DNA of 64,000 nucleotides from Sminthopsis crassicaudata (Eukaryota), in the NCBI RefSeq assembly GCF_048593235.1, contig NC_133618.1:656220361-656284360 (forward strand), given 5' to 3'. Under the pieces are notes generated by a model that was not told the origin of the DNA, did no database searches, and saw only the letters and a list, made by a program, of their open reading frames with translations. Of this stretch, positions 1 through 11,400 are shown piece after piece. A program made the translations under genes and the position numbers. Within the stretch, counting starts at the first letter, position 1. Every line of letters starts with the position of its first letter.

Positions 1-1680
1 CACAAAGACATCTGGTCCAAAGAGAAGACCTGTGATCGGCTCCCCAAGTTCCTTATCGTGGGGCCCCAGAAAACGGGTAAGGACCCTGGGGGCTCTGCTG
101 CTTCCTCCCTGCCCCCGCCCCTGGCTGCCCCAGGTCCTGCTTTCGCTCAGGGAGCCGACTGGCCCAGAACACTGAGCTGTCCTTTCCCCGCCCCCCACCT
201 CCAGGGACCACGGCCGTCCACTTCTTCCTGAGCCTGCACCCGGCCGTGACCAGCAGCTTCCCCAGCTCTAGCACCTTTGAGGAGATCCAGTTCTTCAGCG
301 GCCCCAACTATTACAAGGGCATCGACTGGTAAGTGGCGCGCCCCCCTGGGCACAACGGGGCCTCCCAAGGAAGTGCCGAGGAAGTGCTTCCTGTCACTTT
401 GCCTCCTCTGCCGGCTTCCCTCCCTCTCTGCGGCTCTCCTCTTTGACCCCAAGTCCTTCCCCAGGTACATGGATTTTTTCCCGGTCCCCTCCAATGCCAG
501 CACTGACTTCCTGTTTGAGAAAAGCGCCACCTATTTTGACTCAGAGGTTGTACCACATCGGGGAGCGGCCCTTCTGCCCCGTGCCAAGATCATCACAGTA
601 CTTACCAACCCCGCTGACCGGGCCTATTCCTGGTACCAGGTCAGTCAGGGTCAGGGGCCAGGGGAGCTCGAGGAGTGAGAATGGGGAAGGGGTTCTTGGC
701 AGGGAGACAGACGGGATGGTTTCTGGAACGAACCGTGCCGCTCCTTCCTTCCTCATGCACCCTCTGCTTTTTGAAGCATCAGCGAGCACACGGCGACCCT
801 GCAGCCCTGAACCACACCTTCTATCAAGTGATCTCGGCGCCCCCGCAGGCTCCCGCGGCGCTCCGGGCCCTGCAGAACCGCTGCCTGGTCCCTGGCTACT
901 ACTCTACTCATCTGCAGCGCTGGCTCACCTATTACCCTTCTGGGCAGGTAGAGCTCCTTCCCTCCAGCCGCCTCACAGTGGCCTTGTCCACAGCCCGGGG
1001 ACTTGGGGGCCCCCCCCACCGAGGGTCCATTCCATCCGTCCCTCTGTCCACAGGTGCTGATAGTGGACGGGCAGGAGCTACGCGCCAACCCAGCAGCCTC
1101 CATGGAAAACATCCAGAAGTTCCTTGGTGTCACCCCTGTTCTCAACTACACGAGAACCCTCAGGTGGGACGGGTGGGGAGGACGGGGGTGCCATGCTGAG
1201 CTTCTCTCTGCCTAGAAGTGTAAATGTAGAGGCTCGGGCAGAGAGGCCTGTCGGCCACGACCTGGTCTGGGGCGGCTCCAGGGCCTGGAGGGAGGATGTC
1301 GGCGTCTTTGTCAGGGAGTCCTTCCTCCCTTCCAGTCCCCTGACTGCCTTCTCCTGCCGAGCAGGTTTGATGAGGGCAAGGGATTCTGGTGCCAGGGACT
1401 AGAGGGTGGCAAGACCCGATGTCTGGGCAAGAGCAAAGGACGGAGGTACCCGGACATGGACCCCGAGGTGAGCGCCTGGGCTGGGGAGGCTCCGGGGTCA
1501 CCTCCGGCCCTCTCCTTCCTGCTGACCGTCACACCTCTCTCTCCCCTACATCAGTCCCGCCTCCTCCTGGTTGACTTTTTCCGGGACCACAATCTGGAAC
1601 TGTCCAAACTGCTGAGCCGCCTCGGGCAGCCGCTGCCCTCTTGGCTTCAGGAAGAGCTGCAGCGCTCAGGCCCGAGCTGA
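1..1680 (+). CDS. NDST2: Heparan sulfate N-deacetylase/N-sulfotransferase 2, 3' part (sulfotransferase domain); 5'-partial
   Basis: Exons <1-76, 205-328, 465-639, 777-947, 1054-1163, 1365-1467, 1555-1680 (TGA). All introns GT-AG and phase-consistent. Encodes PAPS-binding motifs GPQKTGTTA and [12 protein letters not shown] and C-terminus [19 protein letters not shown]. Tail-to-tail position with ZSWIM8 favours NDST2 over paralogues. Confidence 0.95.
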
Positions 1681-1980
1681 GCCCTCCACCAGCCTGGAGG
1701 AGCGGGGTGCCTTAGACCAGGCAGGGCCGCCAGGGCAGCCGCTCACCCTCCCACAGGCCCAGGTGGGCAAGGACAGATCGCCAGGCAGGACTCCAGACCA
1801 CGGCCTTCCCACGTGCCCAGGGGACAGTCTCTTTTTGTCCAAGTCAGCAGGTTCTCTTGCTTGTGAGCCCTTCAGTCAAAGGGGTCACTGCAGCCTGGCC
1901 TCCCTATGTCATTCACATTGAATGGGGGATGAGGCCAGGAGGCAGCTCGGGGAACCGAGAACAAGGCCACACGGGTCCTT

Positions 1981-1986
1981 AATAAA
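1981..1986 (+). terminator. Likely NDST2 polyadenylation signal (AATAAA)
   Basis: First canonical AATAAA ~300 nt after the NDST2 stop. A second AATAAA lies at 2147-2152. Confidence 0.6.
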
Positions 1987-2418
1987 CGTCATTATTTTTC
2001 CGTCTCGTCAGTCTCTGGCTCTGACCCGTCAGATCTCCCAGTGGCTACTTCCTGGAGGGAGCAGGCTCCTCTCCCTCATACTTAAGGAAAGAAAGAGGCC
2101 CAGACGGATGAGTAAAAAAGGAGAGTTTATATATTTATAAATGCCAAATAAATATCAGAGGCTGCCCGGCACCCCCCCTCCCAAGCAGAGCTGCCTCCTT
2201 CCCCCCACCCCTGATGGCTCCCAGGCCTGGAGGCAGCTCCTCCCCAGCTCGGCCCCCTGCCCCAGGCCCCGGCCATTAACAATGAAGTCCTAGAACCACA
2301 ACGTCCTAGAACCACAGCTAGTCTGGGCTGCGGGGAACCTTCCCCCACCCCCCAATTAGAGTGAATCCATCCGACTGGTCAGAGGTCCCCTCGTTTGTCT
2401 GGTGGGGGGGGGCCAGGC

Positions 2419-5400
2419 TCAAGGGGAGAAGGTGGTCATGTCAAGCGATACACGCTGCCACAGCTCCTTGGTCTGCTTGCTGCGTTTGAGGTTCTGCAGG
2501 ATGTCGTTGAACTGCATCATGCCCATAGGAGTCAGGCAGAAGGCGCTGCGAGCGCCTCGGATTGCGTTCACAAAGTCGTCGTAGTCGGCAGGAGTCAGGT
2601 GGATCAGGCGGTGGTGGATGTACTGAAAGAGGGGGGACGTGGACATTGAGGCTCCCCCTGCCTGGGCCTCTGGGTCAACCCTCTGCCCTCCTCCTCCCCA
2701 GCCTCCCCCTGGGCCTTCACCTGCATGTATGCCTGCTGGCAGCGCTGGACCAGCTGATGGAAGGCTGGGGTGCGCAGGTGGGTGTGCGCATGAGNNNNNN
2801 NNNNNNNNNNNNNNNNNNNNNNNNNNNNNNNNNNNNNNNNNNNNNNNNNNNNNNNNNNNNNNNNNNNNNNNNNNNNNNNNNNNNNNNNNNNNNNNNNNNN
2901 NNNNNNNNNNNNNNNNNNNNNNNNNNACCAAGGCAGACACCCCTGCCCTGGGGGCCTAGCTGCCACTTCTTTTAGTCGAGGTCTAACAGCCCCCCTCTTT
3001 GCCCACCCCAGAAGCACAGGGTTCCAGGCTAGCCTAGGGCCATGAAGGTGCTTTGGAGCAAGACCCAGGGGAGGGGCCACAAGAGGTTTAGGAAGAGGTG
3101 TTACCCAGCTTAGCCGCCAGCCCCAGCAACCACTTGACGTCCTCGGTATAGGGAGGGCTGCGCGAGAAGTTGTTGGGGTGATCGTTGTGTGCCCGCCGGC
3201 CTAACATCTCCAATGCCAGCATTCCTAGACAGAGGATTGGGAGCGTGAGGGTTGCTAAGGGCATCGCCCCCACACTGAGGGGAAGGAAAAGGAAGAGAAG
3301 ATGGGTGGGGGAAGGGCGCTGGGGCAGAGACCCAAGGGACACGGGAGCCAGGGTGGCTCGTGGCGGTGCCCCTGGAGTTGCAGGGCCCCTGCAGTGAGGC
3401 AGTGAGGCAGAGGGAGCATCCTGGGGGAGCCATCTCACCAACTCTGTAGGCGGCGTGCAGGTGATGCAGGCTCTGGGCACCGACGGGCTGGCTGTGTGTC
3501 TCCTCTTCGGGAGGGGGGAAGCTCCCGCTCACCAGGGAGCTGGGCTGGCTGCCCATGGCCGACATGGAGTTGCCCTGGACGGCGGGATAGGTGGAGCTTT
3601 GATGGATGCTGCTGGGTGTATGGACATTGTTCACTGCAGGGGGGTGGGGAGGGAAGGGAAGGGAGCAGAGTGTTCAGAGCCCAGAAGGCACCCACTGTAC
3701 CGCCCCCCCCACCCTCCCCCACCCCTCGGTACCCGCACTCACTGGTGGGGAGTGGGAGCCCTGATTCAGTGTGGTAAGGGTGCACCGTTATAGGCGCCAT
3801 GGAAGGGACAGGGAAGGACACAGCCGTGGCAGCAAGGGAGGATGGCGTCACTGAGTAGGGATACTGGGGACCCAGGAAGGCATGGTGCACACCCTGGAAA
3901 CAGAAGGTGGGGAGACCTGGGTCAGGTGGGCATCGCCCTCTCGCTGCCAGTTTCATTCACCCATACACCTACAGCCCCTTCGCGACCGACTGACGGTCCT
4001 CCCCCTGACTGAGGCCCACCGAGACGGCCCTGACTGCGCTACTGATCTCTCTGGGGTCCCCACATCACAGCCTCCCCAGGGGGTCCCAATCCTCCTCTCC
4101 TCTCTCCCTTCCCTTCCCTCCCCTCGGTTCTTGGCTCACCTGTGGGTATGCAGAGCTGGGCACAGGAAAGACAGCAGGCCGAGGCATATGGGGCAAGGGG
4201 TGACCGGGGTGGGTAAGGTACTGGGGGTTGCAGGGCAGGTGGGGCTGCAGAGTGGTATAGGGGTGCAAGCCAGTGGAGTGGCCATGTCCCAGGCCAGGCC
4301 CCGGGTACAAACCGGACCCCACTGAAATGACTGGTACCACTGTGGCTGCTGCCGTCACCGCCGCTGCCGACACTGTGACTGCCTCGGTCCCTGGTCCGCC
4401 ACGGCCCTCGGGCAGTGCCCGCCCAGCCTCCCCCGATGCCCGGGCCCCACCGGCACTGCAGCCTGTGGCACCCTCACGTGGTGTGGCTGAGCCCCCCACC
4501 GTCTGCTCATAAAGCCAGAACCACTGGTGGGCGACTTCGAACAACACTTCAGGGTACACACCCCCACCCTTGGCAGCCTCCTCCACGGCCATGCACGCCT
4601 TCTCGAGCATCAGGTTATCCTGCAAAGGGCACAGGGAATCAAAGGGAGGCGCCTCAGCTGAAATCCTCTCGGCAGTCCTGGGATGCAGCCCCCGCCTAAG
4701 TGACTGGGGGGAGCCGGCTGGAAAGCGACTGATGGCAAGTGCTCAGGGGGAGGTGCTTCCACACTGGCAGGAGGCCCGAGGTTTGGATTCTTTGAGTCCC
4801 CACTTGCCTACTATTTAGCCTGGCTAAGTGAGATGGGCAATCATGGAGCCTTTAGGAGGCGTGTGACTCCCCAGGCCTCTCCCCTGCCCATTCCCCAGGA
4901 CTGCTGTTGAGAGAGAAAATCTTTCAAAAGCGGGGAAAAGTGTGACAAATGCCCACATGAGGCACCAAAGGTTAAAAGGGGAAAGAGGGGAGGTTGTCTG
5001 GGGCCCAGGGCGGGACCCGTCACCCCTCCCACCATTGCTGAGCACACCTACCTGCTCCTTGCACTGCACTAAAGCTCGCTGGATCTCGTTGGGGTTCAAG
5101 GCGTGGGCGTGGGGTAGGCAACTCAGCGCCAACTCAGCCGCCGCTCTCACCATGTTGGAGTCCCGCGCCCGTGATGCCCGGTCGGCCAGGGAAGCAACTT
5201 CGGGGGGTGTGAGATGCCCGTCCCAGCACTCGACGAGGATGGTCAGGGCCGCGCTCCCAATCTCCATCGCTTGGCCTGAGGGGATCGGGATGAAGCGGAC
5301 CCCAGAAGGCCCCTAGAGACCCTGGCAGCATCTCCGCCACCAGCGGAAGTGCCCTGCTCCCCAGCTCCAGCCCCAGGGCTCTGCCCCAAGCCTCCGGTTT

Positions 5401-8400
5401 ACCTGTGATCCAGGACACATGGGAAGAGTAGGTGCGAGAGAGCCAGTTGGGCGAGACAAAGTTGTGCAGACCCAGAGCGTAGAGTCCGATCTCAAAGGCG
5501 CAAAGATGCAGATTGCGGTGGGGGCCCTGATGACCCCCTGACGAGGATGGGTGGGTAAAGATGGAGGTGCTGCTGTTTCCCCCAGCCTTGATCAGCACCG
5601 TTTTGGCCAGCTCGAAGTAGAAGTGCGCAGCTGCCTCTGACGGCTGGTTGGGTACATGGGGGGCATGGCTCTCGGGGCGACGGCCCTTGTACCTGAGGAG
5701 TGGTGCCAACAGGAAGGACAAGCTGAGGCTGCAGGGCAACAGAAACTCGGGGGACCCAGGGGACCGAGGAGACGACACCCATATGGCCTAGGCATGATGG
5801 TACCGGGGTCCAAGGGAACAAGACTGGCCTCTTCTGCTTACCTGCCAACTTCGGCTGTCTTGGCCCGGGCACCCCCACTTGCACTGGCGCGGCGGCTGCC
5901 ACTGGAGGAGGAGGAGCCCAGAGAGTCGGAGGATGAGCTGCTGATGCTGTCGCTGTCCTGACCCCGGCCCCAGGAGGTGGGGGCCCAGCCCCCCCGCAGT
6001 GGCCTCCGGCTCAGGGTTGGGGAGCTGTCCGATGTCGTCTCGGGGGCACTGCTGTCAATGCTGGCCATGCCTAATCCCCCAGACAGCAGTCAGTCCCCAG
6101 CCGGGGGGAAGAAGGGAGAACCCGAGGGATGGGAACTCCTCGATCTGACCCCTGGTGGCTGCTCAAAGCCTAGAACGTAGCTTGGAACCCATCTCAAACT
6201 AGGGAACTACTTCAGAGGCCCACCCCACAACAGCCCACGGTTCAGACCAAGACCCTTCTCCCAGCCACGCCCAACCCAGGGCCCCTCATACCTGTGTGTT
6301 TCTTCTTGGGCCTTCCTGGGGAGCCCCAGCCCCGGCCATTGTAGCCTCCTCGGCTGCCAAGTGCCAAGCGGCTGGGAACCTTCCCCTCTGGTTTGGGGGC
6401 CACAGCAGCCTCAGGTGGGGGGGCCTCACAAGGAGATCGCGGGGAGCTCTCTAGGCAAGGGAGCAACGAGTCATCAGACAGTGTCAAGAGGCAGGAACCC
6501 TGACTTGGGGCTCATCCCACCGGCCCCCAACCTCTCACCAGGCACAGTCTTTTCCGTGAAGCCCTCGGCTGGGTCGGGGTTGACCCCAGCCACAGCCCCG
6601 GGCTGGGCACCCCCGGCCGAGCCCGGAGGCAGCGGCTGCAGGGCTCCCGCTGTGGCAGGGGCCCCATGCTTAGATGGGGACCTCTGACTGGACGTGGCTG
6701 GGCGGCTGGACGAGTAGAATGAACTCAGGGTTTGTGGCTTATGCGTCTGACTCTCCCGGTCCAAGAGCTTATCCAGGATCTGGGGGAGAAAAGCAGTGCA
6801 GGGGTCTCCTGCCTGCCACGCTACATTTCCCCTCCCTCCCCACTCGAACTAACTCATGGCAGCTCCTTCCAGGAATTCATCAGTCCGCCCCTACTGGGCC
6901 AAGCGCTGCGCTCCTGGGGTGAAGGGCCCGGGGCAGTCCCAGAACCAGCCTGTGTCCAGAGGCAGGACACAGCCTCCCACTTGTGGCAGGCTAAGAGGTC
7001 AGTTCTCTTGACCTCAAAGAAGCTGCACCTGGGCCAGGGGGAGGGGGACGAGGATGAAGAGGAGAGGCGGGGGTGCCTTCCGGGAAGCCCATGGCCCGAC
7101 AGGCCCAGCTCAATCTCAGACCCTCAGCAGAGCCAGGTCAGCACATCCCAAGTCCCAAATATGTCTCCCTAAAGGCAGTCAACAAGCATCCCCCAACACT
7201 GCCTGTGGATCCAGTGTCCTCCCCCTGCCCCCAGGCACGAGGCCGCCCTCACTTTCTTGAGCTTGGCCTGGTCATCCTTGTAGGTGATCATCAGCGCCAG
7301 AGCCAGGTCCCCCTTCTCCCGGCGCGTGCCTTCGCACAGCAGCGGGTGCTCGGCCTCGCTCACCGTCGTCTTCATGCCTGGGGGTCGGCAAGTTCAGTGA
7401 CCGTGCTGGGACCATGCACATTGAGCCCTTCCCACAATTCTCCCCAGGGCTCGGGGGCCACCCTTCCAGGATGGGGAAGATCCATGGGGATCTCGAAAGG
7501 GCTGCAGTCCCCATTTCTGGCCGACCATGTCCCAATTTCAAGGCCCTCCATCCCCAGCTGGTCCTCTCCCCCGGCCCCCCCAGCCTCTTCCATGAACATG
7601 GCTCGTGCTTCCTCCAAACCCTCTGGCCCCTGGGCTCGAGGCCTGGGTCACAAGCCTCCTCCTCACTGGGCGGAGAGTATGAGGGTGGGCCTCTCTCTAA
7701 AGTGGGGCTAACAAGGCTTACACTGTCTATTCCATGGAGACAAGGAGAAGACACTATTTTGTTAACTTTAAAATGCAATTAAGACATGAACTACTCTCAT
7801 TGCTTAAACAACAGCAGTTGCGAGGCTTTTCCTCCTCGGATCTCCTGGGCCTTAATCGTGTTCTAATTCACTTTCTTTAGGTGAGCCCGTCTTATTTCTC
7901 CTCCAGCACACAAACTACGTCTTACATACTTCACCCTTTGCCCAGCACAGGGGTCTCAGCCTGAGGCCTATGAACTTTAAAAAAAAAAAAAAAAAAAAGG
8001 ATAACTGTGCTTTTATAAAACTGGTTTTCTTGATTTTTGAAAAGGAGTTGCTAGGTTCGCCTGACCTGCCACAGGGGCCTCTTCACAGGTGACCGGGACT
8101 TACCCAAGGCAGCCACCGCGGCTTCAAACCCCAGCTCTTCATCTCCGGGCATCTCGCTATTCCAGTTCCGACTCGGCGGGCGGGACCCTGTGGGAGAAAC
8201 TACTGTGGGGAAGGTTAGGAGAGAAAGAGGTGAAGGGAAGACATGTCAGGAAGACACCCGAGCTGCAGGGAGTGGAAGAAGACAGTGCGGGGGTCCCTGC
8301 CACACTGCCCTAGGCCCTCTCTCCCTACCTGGGGTGCAGAGAACATCGAAGATGAAGCTGGCCAAGATGAGGGGGAGCACGGGCCGGTAGTCACACAGGG

Positions 8401-11400
8401 TCCCTTCCCGAAGCTCCTCAGCCCGGCATCGCATCGTGCTCATCTCACTCACCCCCAGAGGGATCTTCTTCAGCAGAGCTGCCACTTCCGACTCCTGGTA
8501 GGCCAGCTTCACCTGGGAGGGGAGGTGGGCCATCAGACACCGCCCCGGCCCCCTGCCCTGGTGGGGGGAGGGGCGCACATCAAAGGGTCTCTGTCTCAAG
8601 GGCTTGGCAGAATCTACAAGTTACAGAGGAGAGGAAGGCAGTCTGACCTCCAAGGCCTTGGTGGAAGCCGGAGGCCGCTGCAGCTCCAGGGCAAACATGC
8701 CGATGCGGAAGGCCAAATTGTGGTGCTCAGGCCGCTCGCCCAGCACAGTCAGGAGGAAGGCTGCCTTGGTCAAAGTGTTGGTGGCCACCCAGGTCTGGCG
8801 ACTCGTGGACACCTTGTTCTTCTTTCCCTGCGGGTAGCCAGGAGGAGATGAGCATGGTAAGCCCACCCTGTTGGCGGGAGGAGGAGGACCGGGGAGAGCG
8901 GCTCACCTTGGCCGGGGGCGGCTCCACCTTGAGGTCGGGCGGATTGGCGAGCAGATCCTGAGCCAGCTCCACGGTGAGCCGCGAGGCCTCGTTGCTGTAG
9001 CCGTGGGCATGCAGGGCCTCAGCACAGGCGAAGAGAACCTGAATGGGGTGGGACATGGGAGAGAGGAGGCAGAGGCTCCCATAAGAGGTTGGGGAGCAGA
9101 ATGCCGGTCAGAGAGGCTGAGGCTCCCATTCTGACCGCCCATGACAGCTTCCTCATGCACAGGCAAACCTCTCACCCTCTCTGTCTCCAGCTTCCTCTTC
9201 TGTAAAACGATGGAGTCAGACTGGAGGACGCTAAGGCTCCTCACACTCCTAAATCTATAATCTGAACATCCACAGGAAATTCTCCCTCCCCCTTTCATTG
9301 TCATCATAGGGAAAGAAAGCCACTCCATAAACCTACGTGAGGCACCATTCTTAGCATCACACCAAATGACCCCTACTCTGTCTCCCCCCCCGCCCCCAGT
9401 TAGGAGCACCCCACCTCCCTTCTCCTGGCCTTACCTCCATTCGGCTCTCCTGTTTCAGGGGCTTGAGCCCAGCAAAAAGGTCCTGCTCCTCGCCAGCACC
9501 CACTTCGGGCTTCTCTTCCTCGCCCCCAGTCCCATCCTGGGCATTCAGGTAATATACCTGGTAAGCATCATCTTCTTCCCCAGTCCCAGGGGCCATATCT
9601 TTGGGTTTAGGGGGGCATCCACCACTCTCATCTGTGGAGGGGAGGTCATCCTGGGGAGTTCCTTCCCCTGGAAGCAGTCCTGGTAGGCTGGAGGGGGCAA
9701 CTGGGGGCTCAGGCCCCTCTAAGAAGTAAACGCCGCCATCTTCTTCATAGGCATCAGGGGGTTCAGACTGGAAGGTGGGGGGACTAAGGGGAGTACTGGG
9801 GGGAAGTGCATGAGGTGGGCTCTCCGGAAAGCCCCCAAAGGTGCTGGCCTCTGCCCCCAGAGCCAGGCTACTGCCGTCATCTAAGCTCATCTCAGCCAGG
9901 TCTGGCTCCAGGGAGCTGTCCTCGCTGCTCAGCCGACGCTTGCCCCCACCACTCCCTGGGCCTTTACCGCTGCACCCTCCGCCCGGAAGCTTGGCCTTGG
10001 CTCCACCTAGACCCTGCTTATGCGCAGACTTCTCTCCTCCCTCGGCTGAGGGGCGGCGGGGGCCACGCTGGGACTGGGGAACCCCCTCCCCCGACCCTTT
10101 GCGCTTGGCCCCGGGCTCCTTAGGTCGAACCGAAGGCTCTGGCGGGGATGGCCGAGGCCGATCCCCAGCCTCATCGGGGCCCCCAGAGCGGGGAGGACCT
10201 GCCCGAGACGGAAGGCTTCGTGCCCAGCAGAGAGCCAGCTTCCTGTCAGAGCCGCTGTAAGTGACCCCAGGGAGAGGGTAGGCCTCCTCCCAGCTGAAGT
10301 CACAGGCCTCCACCGCAGGCCGGAAACCTGGAAAGAGACGCTCCAGGGCTTTCTTGTGCTGGCCCCGCTTGACATTCTCAATCACCTTTAGGTGCCACTG
10401 GCGCAGCTGGACACACAGGTCTCGGCGACTGTGGGGGCAGAGATAATTGGATATTGGGGGAGCTATCCCTCTGCCCACTGTGAGGGAAAGAAATGGCAAA
10501 AGACACCAGCAAACACCCATGGGTTCCAAAATCACCAAGTACCAGGATGATAAGAAACCTCTCCTAGGGATGGGCAAAGCCACCAAAGTCAAATAGGGTG
10601 ACTTCTAGATGCTCAAGTAGGAGGCAGCTGTGTTCCCTACACCCCTGGGTGTGAACTCTTGTAAGAAGCTAAATGGAGACTTTTGGTGGGCTCTCGTTGG
10701 AGGTACCAATAAGAGATTTGTGGTAACTCACCGTTGTGGGCTAATTGAGGGGTCCAGCACAGCCAGCCTCCACAATGTGACCATCTCATCACACATACTT
10801 GCACAGGCATGAGCAGCCACCTCCGACTGCCCATTACTGCGGCCTGTATGCCCGCTGGCACTGCTGTGAGAAGCTGATGTTCGCACGCTGTACCACCAGC
10901 CTGTGATCTAGGGAGACAAGGACAGAAAGTGGGCATTAGTTTGTTCCTGGGGGCCGGCCCAACCCAAGGAAGATGTTCTACCTCCAACCTGGGATCTCTA
11001 AATGAAGGGTGAGAGGGTAAGCAGGGGGATGGCTTCAGATAAACCTGGCAGGATATGATGCAGACAGAAGTGGGCAGAATCGAAGAATGAAGACAGTTAC
11101 CACCACCTTGCAATGATGACTCAGGAACTCTGACTGACATAGTGACCAACCACAATTCCAAAGGACTCATGTTAAAATGTTATAACCACCTCTAGACGGA
11201 GGAAGGGAGGACTCAAAAGAGTGTAAATTGAAGGGTCCGTTGTCCTGCTTTCTTTCTTTTTTGAACATGACTAACAGAGGAATTTGTTTTTTGGGTGACT
11301 ATGTATATGTTTAACGGGCTTTGTTTTTCTTGCCTTCTAAATGGGTAGGGGAGGAAGAGAACTTGGAACTAAAAATAAAATCACATTGGGAAAACAGTGA

